From Phoronis australis (lineage: Eukaryota > Animalia > Phoronida), in the NCBI GenBank assembly GCA_002633005.1, contig NMRA01000017.1, positions 1,090,737 through 1,154,736 of the forward strand: DNA of 64,000 nt. Direction: 5' to 3'. Under the pieces are notes generated by a model. It did no database searches and was not told the origin of the DNA. It was given only the letters and a program-made list of their open reading frames with translations. This document shows positions 24,001-39,000 of the stretch, piece after piece. The position numbers were made by a program, and so were the translations under genes. The number at the start of each line of letters is the position of its first letter. The first letter of the stretch is position 1.

Positions 24001-27000
24001 GTCAAAATATGATCAAGTTCCCCCCAGTGTAAATGGTGTTACAGCAATATTAGGGCTTAATGAAAACTGTTAAGTGGCAGTAAACCTAATATTTGTCAAA
24101 GAAACTTATCGCTTGAGACCATACTTTGCCCAGAAATGACACGATGTGACAGGCCGTGTGATAGTCTTGTCTCAAACAATAACAAACACTGTTCTTTACG
24201 CGATCGAAAATCACTTTTTGCATTCCAAGCCCACATACCCATTTTCACTGAACAACAGTTTGGGTATAATTTCATGCCCATTATGGTAAGTGCCCCCCCC
24301 CCCTTAAAGAACGCAAAACTCAGAGCTTTTAATATAATTCCTCTTTTAAGAGAATCTCCTCTTTTTGGCTTCAACTTCCTCTTATCTGATTTCCAGTTTC
24401 CTCTTTTTCGTCTTGTTTTTGTTATAATCTTGGCTTTATTCAAGTGAAAGCATTTATTTTCAATTTAAGTTTACAACTCAAAAAATTTTCCTTTCACACA
24501 AGCCTATTTATTTGTGGAACAGTACATCACCTGGAAATTTTTCCTCTTTTTTGTCATTGGTCATTTCAAGCCCTGGAAGCTGCAAACATGTTGAATAAGA
24601 ATTGCGTGATCAGATTGGTAGGTGCCTCAGTGTAGGGTATGCTTTGTATCCAGTAATGATGGAATGTCAACAGCATTGTTGACCATGTGCCAGGTGGAAT
24701 TGACAGGAATGTATGAATTACTTTTCAGGTGTCGAGTTATGGATTTTAACTACCTAGAAAATAAAGTGTTGCTGACATTGAAAGAGTAAGTTGACAAAAT
24801 TTCTTGCCACTTTCTTACCTTGTATTATTTACGAAATGTGGTTTGTGGCGTAATAGAGATTTTTTGCTTTTTATTACAAGCAAATTTAAGCTACATTTTT
24901 TAAATTGAAATTAATGAAGCAAAATTCAGGGGTGTTTTTGTGAGGATTGGTAAAAAAGAAATTTCAACAAAAGAATTCTGACATAAACATCATGTGAAAC
25001 TTGTCCAAATTCGGAACATTGTATCCCAGAATGGCTGATTGTATCAACTGAAAATGAAACTTTGAGATACTTTACGTTCAGGTCTCCAAAACGTTGTTAG
25101 GGATGGTTTTCAAATCGTTCCGCTTTTCCATGAGGGGCCATCAAAAATAATAATTGCAACTTTTAGTGTAAGATTTTTTTAGAAAAGCTGGAATGCTGTA
25201 TAAAAGCAAATGAAACGTCACTGCACAGACATTTTGATAAGGTCGTGCATAACTTCCATACATGTTTCTACCAATGAGTACTTAATCGTACATAATGTCA
25301 GTCACCCTTGGCCTTTGTTGCACACCTATGATGCTACTTACCAGTAACAACATGACAAGTTATTTGTAAACCTCTGTATCCTTAAATGAAGGGTTTGTAC
25401 CCCCTGTAGAGCAAGAGCGTAAGAGTCTGCTTATTAAGAGTTGTATGGCTAGTAAGAGCTAGAGCAGTGATTGCAAATGCTGTTTTCCAAGTGCAGTGCT
25501 CCCTGCTTTGTAACTGAGAAATGTTGAAACTGAATACTTGATGTTAATATTCAAGCTTAATAAACCAATAGTGATAAGACTTGTCTAGTGGACTGAATAT
25601 TTGCCTATAAAGTAAATTCCTAGTACCTTGGAGACCTCTTGTCTCCTTCGATGGCTTGATGTAAAATCCTACTGGCAGGAACTCAGGTCAATGGGGAACA
25701 TAATTTAGGTAACTATTCATTCCAGAAGATAGGTTTTATTGTCAGTATATTACCAAATTCCTGGATGGCTCGAGGCCTACATTTTGTTATCTCAATAAAT
25801 CACATTACAGACTCATTGAGTGTGTGCTGTAAATAGTAAAGTTACGATGGTCATGGCTAAATCAGGAGTATGGCGTTTGGAAACAGGACTTGGAATTTTC
25901 TTCTTTTAAGAGGATTTCCTCTTTTTTGCTTCCAGTTTCCCCTTGTTTAAATTCAATTTCCTCTTCTTTGATCTCTTTTTTGTCATTATTTTGACTTTAT
26001 TCATGCAAAATCATCTATTTCAGATAAATTTTACAACACATAAAATATTTCTGTCACACAAGCCTATTATTTGTGGAACGATACGTCACCTGGAAAATGT
26101 TCTCTTTTTTTGTCATTGGTCATTCCAAGCCCTGCCTTGGGAAAAACTGGCCCCAGTACCCAGTTGTGTGAAACAGTCCCAAATAGGGACTCAACTAAGT
26201 TCCCTAAAACAACTGCATGTTTGTGAGGTTGTGAAAGCACTGATTGTCATTTCTTTTGTGGTTTTAGTTTCATTACTAATTCCATTTTTTCCTTTGATAC
26301 AAATCTAGAGCGAACTCTATGTTCAACTCTCATAAGAACTAAGTCCTTATTTACTTTCATCGAACTAAAGGCTCAGTGTTTTTGTTATATTGATAATGTT
26401 TTTAGGAGAATCTCATAGTAAAGATAAAATGTCAGAAAACGATTAGATCCCTTTGTGAATTACACAATTACACGTAAGATTTAGGAAACTCTTTTTAGAG
26501 TTCCTGTTTGGGACTGTTTCATCCAACTGGACACAGGTTACAAAATCAACAACTCAGAAGCTGTGCAAAACTCGCCCCAGAAATTTTAAGGATCAGTTAA
26601 CATTTCAGGCTTGTGTCTATAGCGTGTCTTAGTGTGTTGCAACAAATCCCACAGGTTATGGAAGTTAAATCAGACGCGATAAGTTGACAGTGATCGGTTT
26701 GAAGCTCCTGTAGGTTTAATTGTGTGTCATTTTATGATCCACATTTTTCAACTGATCTCAAAACTTGTGCGAACAAGAAATTGACAAAGGAATTGGCAGT
26801 GTGTTTGTGCTCGTATTTATTATTCGAAGTCTTAAATCTTATCTTAAATGGTAACATCAGTAAATTTGTTTCCTATAGGTTTAGAGCATTGCTCTAAGCC
26901 CGCTAATGCCATAAATTGTCAAATGTAATGAACTGTTAGGCGTATTGGTTTGCTTTTGTCTACGTAACCGCAAGAGTCATCGTTTAATTCAAACAACTGC

Positions 27001-30000
27001 GAATGACGCCCGCACGCATTGATGTTCTATTCAGACCTCTATTTAATACAATTGTTTTCGGCCTTTTGCTGTTTGTACTAGGACGAAAAAGCAGCTTCAC
27101 CTATCATTTGACGGGCCTATATTTGCTTGGTCAAACTTGCGTTTTCTTATTTTGCTAAAGGCTTTGCTAGGACTACCTGGTTAGCCCAATACATCTAAAA
27201 TAACTAAATTTCATTGAAGTTAGGCTTTAAAGGTGTGCCTGCATTGTGTTATTCTGTCTTGTTTGAATAAGCTGGCATTTGGGCACAGTTGTCTTATGGG
27301 ACTGTCCATTAGTTTGACATGTTGATTTATGCACTATTGACAACTTGTAGGAGTATCCTAAAGCAGCAATATCTCAGCTACAAAGACTTCTACCCTGGAC
27401 AGAAACTCAAGGTATTTCCATCTCCTATATTTTCTCATGTAACCGTCTTTACTCTTCAGTGACTTTCACGTGAAACAATTCATGTATTTTGTTTGCATTC
27501 TGATTCTGTTGTTTTTTAAAGCGGTATTGAACCCATGCTTTTATTCAAAAATCTAAGTTTGGATTTGTGCCATGTACCATTATAAGGTTAGTCTTGCTTG
27601 TTTCCTTCATTACTCTATTTAAAAGTTATCTCTGGGTAGGCCATGACCTGGAAATTTTCATGAGCTTGGTCTGTAGAAATAACAAACTGTCAGACAGAGT
27701 TCTTTTCAAACTCACCAGTCACTCCTGTTTTGACTACAGGACAATTTGAGATCAATTTCATAATGGTAATTGGCGTAAATAAAACAAATTGTCATAAAAC
27801 ATGGGCTTTATGGGGCTTTAACCCTTGAATTGGAGCGAGTTAAATTTTTAATCTGAATCTTTTGTCAAGATGCCATAGTTTGTTTAAAGGAAATCATTCT
27901 TGATATTCACTTTCCTAAACTTTTTGTTGTTCTGTAATATGTGAGTTAGTGAGAGCTAATGTTACAATTGGTGATGATGTATTTTGTTGCAGACACGTGT
28001 TCTCAGTGTCCAAGAGAGGGGAGTTGTAGTGAAAGTGTCCTCAAGAATCCGTGGCTTTATACCCAGCATTCATCTGGCTGAGGTGCCACTAAAACACCCA
28101 GAGAAAAAATACCAGAAGGATGCTATCGTCAAGTGTCGGGTAGTGAATTGTCTTTATTATATTTTTCATGTCTTGATTGGTTGTAAAGAAGATTATCTTC
28201 ACACTTGTTAAAGACATGGTTTACCTGCATTTGGGAAGAACTAAGAGTTCTCTGTTGCTCAAGATTAGGCCCAGTGAGTTGATGTTCTTCATGTTATTCA
28301 TCAAAATCAATATGACTGGCCAACCAGGCTGTCTGGTTCCATTACTAAGTGGTAGGTGGAATATTAGTGGGTTTATTGGCCATTATTTTTTCTCTGCATT
28401 AGTTGGTAGGTCAAGCCAGCTTACTGAGTCTAGTGTCAGCCAGTAATGAGCAGTCATTTCTATGTAGCCCTTAAAAAAGCCTTTAACCTCAGTAATGAAC
28501 AAGTTGAGACTAGTTCTGTAGTGGTAACTTGTATAAAACAAACATGATTTTTGACAGAAGGCTCACTCATTTACCTTTGTGGATATTGAAAATCGATGCG
28601 TGTGCATCGCAGATAAAAAATTTGTGGGATTGGGTTCGTCTAATCCAGAATCCTAAAGGTGTCATGCAGATGATTGTCTGCTTGTTAAACTTGTAGATGA
28701 TGTTTAGATAAGTGCAACCTGTTGTCTGGTATCTGTAATAAACTGGACTTCTGGCTGCTTGAAGTGCATCTAAAATCAAATGATCTCTGCACACCCCATA
28801 TCTACGTCTGCTGCCTGTGGTGTGTGGGATGACTGCTATCCCACAATCCTTTATATATGTGATGTCTTACTATCCATAAAATGGTTGATAGTTTTTAATT
28901 CGTTAGCCAACAGAAGAATGTGTTGTCTTATTTAGGTCTTGTAGTTACAAGTAGTATTTTCAGACGAACAATTCATGACATTATTTTGTAATATTGGGCA
29001 TCAAAACCAATGTCTGAAGCGACTGTTTCTGCTTTTGAATATCGCCAATTTCCATGACATGTTTTTGGCAGCTCTGGGTGAACCAACTCGTAGATAAGAC
29101 GGTGTCACCACCTGGAGGCTGTGTCAAGAGTAGCTTTAAAATCTTCGTGCCAACTTGCAGTCCTTGAATCTGCTCGCCTGTCTTGCGATGGTTGCCGTTC
29201 CTTTTACCTGCTCTTAAACAATCGAACATTCTTGCAGGTGCTGCGAGTGGATCCTGACATTTCCAAGCTGATTCTGACAGCCAAGAAATCTCTGGTGCAG
29301 TCCAAGATGGACGTTATTGCATCGTACGATACTCTCAAACCCAATATGTTGGTTCAGGGGTTCATAGCTTGTGTGAAGGATAATGGTGTGATGGTTGTAT
29401 TTTACAACAATGTCAAGGTATGGTCCAATGTAAATGCCATTGAAAGTTTTGAACTAGGTTTTTCTTAGAGAATAAGTCATTGAAGTTGTTATTTACTGAT
29501 ATTTTCAAATTCTTCAACATATTTGAAAGAATATGTAGCACAACTACCCATGCCCATTCAACGGTCCACAGTCACTGGCATTCTTATTAACTTAGCATTC
29601 CCATAAAAGCCATTTGGTCACCATCACAATTTTGTGTAGGAAATAAACAGTGGTCCAACTGCTGCATAGCACTTCTCCTGAGTCCAACAAAAGTCAATCA
29701 AAATCAGACTTGTGCTATCTTAACAGACAAATTATTCGAATGTATAAGTAAAAAATGGTGAACATTGTGCTTAGGTTGATGTGTAGGACCCTAGAAAAAT
29801 TTCCAAGCATGGTTAACTTGGGAACATCAGCTATCAGACTATGACCAATTTATGGGCCCATTCCAAGAAACTGACTTAAGTTCATTTGTACTTAAGTCTA
29901 AGATTTGTCTCAACTTCCAAACATTGAAGCTTCCACATCCAGTAAGTTAGTCAAAATTAAGACAAAACTCAAGTCATCAACTCAAGTCAAACTTAGATCT

Positions 30001-33000
30001 CTTCTTGAAATGGATATGAGATAATTTTTTTTTAAGTTTAATCTTAAAATTGTCTGTAATTTGAGATTTGTCTTAGCTAAGTCAGTTTTCTTGGACTAGG
30101 CCCATGATTACTTGACCCATTGGTGTCAGACTTTCTACTTAAGTTATACTTCAACTGGGTTACAATCTAGTTTTTAGATATTTGGCTGAATATGCAGACT
30201 GGTCAATAAGGTCCTACATATCATTAGGATAGTGTCTTCTGCCAGTTACGTTGTGTCATGGCTGGGACTGGGTTACGTTATCGTTGACCTCTTGTGTCGT
30301 GGCTAGGACTGGGTAACGTTATCATTGACCTCTTGTGTTGTGACTAGGGCTGGGTGCCATTGAAGGAACTGAGTGATGAGGTACTTCCATATCCCAAGAA
30401 GGTGTTCTACACTGGTCAGGTGGTCCAATGTCGAGTGATGGCATGTAACAGTGATCTGGCGAAGTTGACTTTGTCTTTCAGGGTAGGTGGCTAAACTTGT
30501 TACAGTAACTGTTTTTCATAAACTGTGCACAATAGTTTTTAGATATTTGTGAATTATAGCAACACAACATCTGCTTGTCACATCTCATGACCTAAATAAC
30601 ATTCAGTAAACTCCTTGTTTTTCCCTTGTGTTTTTTTCATGGCGACCAATATATTCTTTCCAATGATTATTTTGATTATTTTTATTTACGAAGGTGAATA
30701 CATTTTGATTTTCCATAAACTTAATTTTCATCACTTCTGCTGTCATTATAACAGTACTGCAGTATTGGAATGTTTAGCATGATGTCATTATGACGTTTTG
30801 AACCCAGTGTGATGGCATGTCTATTCTTATTTCTGGGTCCATATTGTGTCATCTAATGCCATGACACGTCATCACTAAGTATCTGAATAACTAATGACAC
30901 GTCATCACTAAGTATCTTTATAACTAATGACAAGTGTGATGACAAGGAGTCTCATGCTGTTGTAGAAAACATGCTCTATATTTCCTCAGGTTGATCACCG
31001 CCCTTCATTTGGTAGCAAACGAGTGGATTTACCTCCGGATTATGCTGTTGGCAAGGTACTTTCAAACCTTTTGTTCTGGTGTAGAAATCATCTTAGCAGT
31101 GTTTCTTTAATGGGAGACTTTCAGGAAGTAAAGGCAGGGGGCGTTCACGTGAGACTGGTTACTGTAATCACCACCAGAAGGTGCTTCTTTTTAGTGAGCA
31201 GCTGAGGAGTACATGTTCGACTTTGTGAAAAAGCCCTTTTAAAGTGTATGTGATTAGACGTGAGGCATTTTAAGCAAAAGTGAAATTGCCTCTATCCTTT
31301 AGAGGACGCTAGTACCCGGTCCTGCGTGATCTGTTGCCACATGAAAGTCTCCCATTGCGGTATCAGTGTAAAGTTTTTCTCTGGTAGCGCCAATTGCTTT
31401 TGCAACTGAATTCACTATCGAAATTGTGATTTTTGGAGTTGGTGATTTTTATTTGAATTGCATTAATAGAATATTGGAATTTCAAAAGAAAATGTCAACA
31501 GGCATGGGAACTTTAAAAAAATGATAATGCATTGATTGTCTAACATGTGGATGTGTCTGGTCTGATTGGACAAATCATCTCATAAACTGTCTTTTGAGAA
31601 GCTGTGTGAGTGCATGCGTGTGCAGTTTTGTTTGGTTTGAAAAGTGCATAAATTTTTATTGATATATTTGTTATTATTTTGAGAAATCAAATATTTAAAA
31701 GATCGTCCTTGAGGTTCCACAAAGAGTAAAATGTGAATTAGAAAGGATCAGTAACTGAATGATTGTGTTAATCAAACTGATTTCTTTTGTCTGGGTTACA
31801 AGATGCACAAATAAAAAGTTGTCCCTTATTAATCTCCTTATTTAGTGTGTTGCTTTCAGTGAGTGGTTTTCACTCCTGAGCACTTTACTTATCCGAGGTG
31901 ACCTTATGTTTGATGCTGCTTTATTACAGTTCACAAACTGCACTGTAGTTGGAAAGATAGATGGAGGACTAAATGTCCAACTGACACCTTCCAGTCTTAG
32001 TGCCTTCATTCCCAAAATGCACCTGTCTGACTACAGTGACCTCTGTCAAATACTTTGGGAACTACACCAGGAGGGTGATGTCATCAAAGATGCCATGTAC
32101 GTTCACAGCAGGACAACCATCACACTGACTTGTAAACAGTCATTCTTACAGGCATCCAAGAATGGGCAGTTGGTCACTGAGTTTGACCAATTAAAGGTAA
32201 CGTTTTGTGCTGAAACAGGCTATTTTGGATTTGTGTTGTTGTTGTGTTGATGTTAAGTCACATTCAAATAACCAAGACTTGGAATTGTACGCTGAAACGC
32301 GGATTTCCGCTTTTTTCTTTTATTCGATCCGCGTAGTTTTGTCATATTTTCGCAGAAAAATCGGACTTGCCATGAAATTATCGCTAAGAAGCGGAGACTA
32401 CAGTCTGGTAAAGATGACTCTGATGCACACACTGACATAATGCAAATTGAATGCCTCGCAAAACAAGTAAGAAAATGTCACGTCATAAAGCAAAAGTGTT
32501 GCTTTTTATTAGAAATTTATCTATTACTTGAATGAGGTGAAATGCCCATCTTTCCCCTCCCCTCCCATTCTCCCCAATTCAATGTGATGATAATCAAGGT
32601 TTGGAATTATCCGCGGATTTCCGCTTTTTTCTCTTATTTGATCCGCACATTTTTGTTATATTTTCGCGGAAAAATGGGATTTGCCATAAAATTATTGCGG
32701 TAAATTGGTTTCTCGCCGCGGCGTTGCTGACTACTCGAAAAACGGAAACGGCTCTTTATGTTTCGGAGGAACGAAAATTGTAATTGCAGATCACAGGCAC
32801 TCAAATTTGCCGACGACTCGTAACCATATATAAGAAACGTGTTTTCTTAGTAGTGAGTGACGTCAGTGCCAATCGAGGAACAGATAAATTCATGTGCCTG
32901 TGCCTGGGATTGCGTGGTTCATCAATGGCGTCTGCATGTGGTATAAAATCGCGGTGACAAATAGTGCGATTCTGCGGTCAAAAATGAGTGGAGCGTGGAG

Positions 33001-36000
33001 TAGACTGAATATTTCGTGCTTTACAGGACATTTTGTGTTGTAATTTGTGGTCACAGAGATGTAGCATTTTCAAATGGAAGACTCACTAGTCACTAGATGC
33101 TGATCATCAAGGATTGGTCCTCATCTGTTGTCTGTATAGATTGAGAATAGAAAGCGGTCTACCAGCAAACGGTGTTAGTTGAATAAAGGGCCATGTGAAT
33201 GCATGACTGTGTTGTAATGCAACTTGGGCTGTTGTTTCACATGTACCTATTAAGAGTTCCTGGTAGAGTACAAATTTGTTAAACACCCTGTATATTTACA
33301 CTGTTCCACAATGCTGTGCACACCCCTGGCATTACTAATTATCCATTGTCATTGCCTCAGTTTTCCAACATTTTATTTCAGCCTGGAATGTTGATCCCTT
33401 GCTGGATGCGCAACAGGATGGACTATGGTTACTTCCTGGAGTTGTCCAGTCAGCTGATCGGTCTTGCTCCTAACAAGGTAAACGTACTGAGGGTTTTTAC
33501 ACCAGCAACACTCATTACTTTTATTAATCTTTCTTCCCAATTGTTTTGCCACCTTACTTAATATTGGCATTCCAAACATGTTATGCATGATTGTAACTAG
33601 AATTCCATCCTTTTTCTAGTTTGTGTGTGACCATCGGTTAACAGACTATTCAGGTCTTTACAAGGCTGGTCAGTCGTTGATTGCCAAGGTAACTGAAGTG
33701 GACAGTGAGAAAAGACGATTCCTGTTGAGTTTAAGAATGTCAGACTGTTATCATGACAATGTAGACGATAGCACAGACATTGTCAGGAATTACCTGAAAC
33801 AGTCTCGTCAAGTCACTGAAATGTTCTCCAAGAGGAAAGGTTTGTATGGGTTTTGATTCCTTGACTTTTGAATCATCATCAAATTCTGGCAAGCTTGAAA
33901 GTGTCTTGAGTTTTGGACAATGTTAAATTATCCATTTTTGAAAATGTTGCGTGATGTCTGCTATATTGAAACAAATGAGAACAATCCATTAATCGTGATG
34001 TGTAAACTAATAGTTCCTAAAATTCTGAAAATACTTTTCAATTAAATATGATAAAAACTTGCTATTTTCAAAAAAGTTCCAAAGTACAATGTTGATGATA
34101 CCATCTTAAATTAGGAATTGGATGAAGTTTGTTGGGATGATGTATCCAGCTACATGTATTGTTGGGTTCCTCATTAAAACTTTCTCTGGTTCATAGGCTT
34201 TGCAGGCTGAAAACCCAGATAAGATCTTTCCCCATTGTTTAGGGGTCCAATGAGCCATTGTCCGCTATCACAACATGCACCCCAATTATCTGCCAAGTTT
34301 CTAAAGAGTTTCTTAAAACCAACTATTCAGTGAAACTCAGACAGGAGTGAGCATGGTCTTATTGGTGTTTTGAGATTTATCAAACAAAAAGACTGGTGGT
34401 TAGGAGTCACAAATGATGCTGTGAAGTTTATCAGTAATGTTTTGTTTTGACTTGGTGTAACCCTATTAAATAAATACACTGAAGGAGAGGAAGTTGTAAT
34501 GTAAGACAAGAAAAGACTGAATAAATTGCTTTAAAACCAGATGTGTATGCCTCAATACATTTTATTTGTAGGGAAGCTAGCCAAATTGGCATCTATAAAG
34601 GTTGGCTTGGTTATTACGGCTACTGTTACTGAGGTTACTAATCATGGTGTGCTGTGTAGTGTGAGTGATGGCCTAAAGGGGTTTGCTACTAGTGATCACA
34701 TGCCAGGTAAATGTCAACATTATTCATAGAAGTTGGAAGCATTAGCAATCTTTTGCTGTCAGAACTATTTTAGTGACAGAAAGATGTTTAAATTTGTGTT
34801 TCTTGAACTCTTTGAAATTACATGTCATTTGAAATATACAATATTGTAATCCGATCAAAGCAAAATTGCCCTCTTTGAATTGGAGTATCAGATTTGCAGA
34901 GTTGAATCTAGTCCAAAAAGCAATCGAATTCTTCGCTGTCCATCTTGCAATTCTGTAAAATTATAAGTGCTATCTCGCCATGCTAAAAGTCTCTATAATG
35001 TGTTCCATGCATGATATTTTGTGCTTCTGTATTACCATATGATTTGTCAAATGTTGCACTGCAGTGTCCTTGTTTTATAGGACTTAAAAATATCCAAACT
35101 TGGCTAACTTCAGAACATCAAATCTGAGAAATGGTTGATCAAATTCATATGAAAATTTCAGATACTATGGTTTATGCACTGTTCTCTATTAGAATTGCTT
35201 TTAAAAATACTCCAGTTTTGCATGATTGGCTGTAAAAATATGACTTTTTATGATTTTCGTGAAAAAAACTCAAAAGCTCCATCAAACGAAAATGAAATAT
35301 TAATTTAGAAAACTGTAACGATGTATTTGAGATTTCATATAGAACATTCACATGAACTGAAATTTGGACTTTTTATTGATACCATTGTTTTGCTGTCCTT
35401 GTACCTTAATTTACTGTTTTCTAAATTTTACCAAAGAGACATGGTCATATGACCCAATTTATTGCGTATTGATAAAAAGTAAAAAATCAAATTCTTGAAG
35501 GCCTTTCACTTTCAGAAAATGTTAAATTTTGCTGAGTTAAAATCTGTATTTTGTAGAAGTTTGGTAAAATACTCAGACTTGTCGATGAATTCCTTCATAA
35601 CCTGAAGTATGTACTCTTATCATGCTAGTGCTGACAGTATGTTATTAAAACTTCAGGTGTTCAGTGTAAGGTGGGCGACTCTGTGGAGTGCATCGTTTTG
35701 TTTGTCGACCTTCAGGGGGCGTGCCTGGAGTTGTCACTCAACCGCGACCTGATCAAGGCAGTCAAACATCTCCATGACAACAAGTTTACACAGGTGAGAA
35801 GGCAAGAAGTCTGACAGACAAAGGGTTACTTAGCTGTATCCGAAGAATGATTAGCTGTTTGTTATTGGTGTCAGTTTCCTTAACAGCACAGTGGTCAGTG
35901 TGACCTGGCGTGTATCCACAAGACTTTAGCTTGAGGTGAAAAATCTTGTTTTTATTGAGTGGAAACGGTGTATTCAATACCATAATTTATTAATTTTTTA

Positions 36001-39000
36001 ATTCAACATCTCAACCTTGCCAACCAATCACTTCAGTGGCTACCATTTTTCAAGGACTGAATGGTAAATTCCCGAAACACTCGCTTCTCACTCATGTGAT
36101 TTTGCAAAATCTTGCTTTTTTCGCAAGAAAACAGGTAGTCATTATCACCTCAGATTTACGTGTTGCCTGAAATCCTGAAACACACGTTTTGTGAATGGTG
36201 GACCGAGAGGAGGGGCTAGCTGAGGAATTGATGTAGTCACTGTTATTGTGTTATGGGTAAAACGTACAATATTTATTGTACAAAACATAATGAAATGTTT
36301 TGTGAACTGTAGCCTCCATGTATGAATATAGGTTTGTGATGATGGATCAGTTGTGTAGCAAAATGGTCAGTCCCTTTCTATGTATTGTACGGAAAACATT
36401 TTGCAACAAGGAACAAATTTTCCATTTTTTCTACGCCAACTCTGGAATGATATGTAACTGTTTGATTCGTGGCCTCAGGCAGTTTGTGATTGATAATTTG
36501 CAGGTGAAGGAGGGTCAAGTAATGAAGTGTGAGGTACACTTGATTAAGGATGATATTGTGCTGGTATCATTACGTGGTCACGCCATGGGTCGGTTGGCTT
36601 ACCTACCCGCGAAGAAGGTGAGTTGAGTGTATACGGTCTGATTGTAGTAACCTCTAGTTTATGATATCAAATGGAGTCGACATTCTTGGTGAGAAAAGTA
36701 AATTTTATAGAAATTAGCAGTAGGGTGGAATGGAACCCTCCAGCTCTTCAGCAGCAGTTGAATGACGTATCGTTGAGCCTGATGCGTTTGTGACTTAGCA
36801 AGAGTATTTTAAATTTATGGACACTGGCCTCGATTTCAGCAAATGTCTGGCAGACAACACCGAGAATTGGCGATTTGTAACAAGATTTCATTCATAAAAA
36901 CGGCAAATTTTGTTGTTTTGTTGTTTTATTGCTCAGGTCAAAGCTAGTTACTTCAAGAAGTTTGTCCTATTCAACAATAGCATCAAAAATGCATTTTTCG
37001 ACTGTAAAGCTGATGAAGTCCTTTCAATGAACTGTCCATATTATTGCAAAGCCACATTAGTAAGGTGAAACTCGAATGTTTTGAATGTTGTTGTAGCTTT
37101 AAATCCATTTTAGGGTGCTTTCTTAAAAATTTAAGGCTTATGAAAATACTGCTTGTGTTGCATTTTTTTGACAGAAACTTTTGCCTTTTCGCAAACTTGG
37201 CGGAAAATCTGCAATATTAATACAGTCTACTTTATGTACATCTTGTACTTTGTTGAATTTGTTCTTTATCAAATATTTGAAGAACATGTTAACCAGGGCC
37301 AACATAGGTGTTTCCCGTTAGTAATACTGCCTCTTCTCAATTTTGTTTGTTTTACTGTTTATAATTACAGCATTTAAATGATTTGCAAGAGAAACGCCAG
37401 TTTATCATCGGGCAAGTCAATTCCATTGTCATCAAGAGGTAAATATATATACAGTGCTGGTTATAGATGATTTTCTTCTAAATGTTGATCATATATTGTT
37501 ATTCGTTCTGTTTCACATTTGGAACTTCATTGTTTACTGCAAAGACATACTTAATTTACGCTTTTACCCAAGTTACTGATGAAAAGTAATGTTTTGAGCA
37601 TTTTGCTGTTCACTTTAAATGTCACTTGTAGGTCCTTCCCGTGATGCAGAGTGATTTCATTATCCAAGACAAACAAGTGTCTTAATAAAAGATGGTTATT
37701 GAAGGAATTCCTGTTGATAAGCATTGGATAAAATTTCTGTCTCAACTTTTATATAATAGCTGTTTTGTGTTTCCACCATAGAAACTGTTTTTCTGATAGG
37801 CGTGATTTTACTGCGCAGACTCTGACACCTAGTATGAACATTGAAAATTTGCATCTCATTTGTAATAATTTGTGATTTACCTCCCCTAGTTGTGATGAGA
37901 GTCATGTGATAGGCGTGCTTCAGGTGCATGACAACAAACACATTGGACACGATGAGAAGAAGACAGTATTGAAGAAACATGAGCTGAAGCTGGGACAGGT
38001 TGTCAGTGCAGTGTAAGTAGTGCTCCACAGTCAGTCTGTCAATGTGGGCAGCATAGTGTGCAATATTTAGTCTGTACTTGGTGGAATTCATCGGAAGCCC
38101 TGTGTAGTGCTATCTTAGAAAACCGTTGTTTTGGTTCTTGTTTTTGAAATGAAACCCTTCGTTTTTAGTCTTCTATACTGCGAGTTAGCATTCAGAATTG
38201 CATGTGATAATATCATTGGTCGAATGGAGTTCACTGATTACTTCATTGGAAAGATTCAGTGCAGGTAACTTGAATTATTGAACTTGGAGGATAGTGACTT
38301 TGCCTTGATCTAATTAGCGCTGGTTAGGACTTTAACATCATGTCTGTGATTGACATTCACAATTTTATCTTCTGTCATTTGCAATTTTCAAACCCGTTTC
38401 AGGAGTATGTGTTCTAAATGTCTTGGACTATTGGAGTAGTCTTGTTGACATGTTGTTTCAGTATCAAGTCTGTGCTTGACTTTCAACTCAACATCACAAT
38501 AGATGGTGTAGCAGGCAGGGTTCATATCTCGGAAGTACAGGATGAGCCAGAGGAGGTAGTTGATACTGAAATGTCTCACTTTTCTTCAATTTAGTTGGGG
38601 AATTGCGCTTTGTTTCACTTAATGGCAAAGTTATGCTTCCAATCTTGAATTTTTTGTGACTGCTTGACAAACCTTAAAAATGTGTCATTTGAAAACCAAA
38701 TTGTTTGTGGCATTGGGAAGATGGCTGGAACTCAGATTGGTTGCAGCTTGTTACAAAAGCTGGTTATTGTGGTAGCGCTAGGATTTATAGTTGTGCACCC
38801 CATCTCTTGTTACTGGCAGTTGTCAATTATTTAACTTTACTTAAAACTGTAACTGTTACAGTAAGTTTTGTGAAGAATAGGTTTGTCATTGGTCTCTAGA
38901 GGCATTGTAGATGTAAAAAGTCACTTACTTAGAGACGTGGTTGGTTGCTAGCAGACGTTTCAACCTGGTCCACCAGTTCTTTGTCGATGAATGAGGGATT

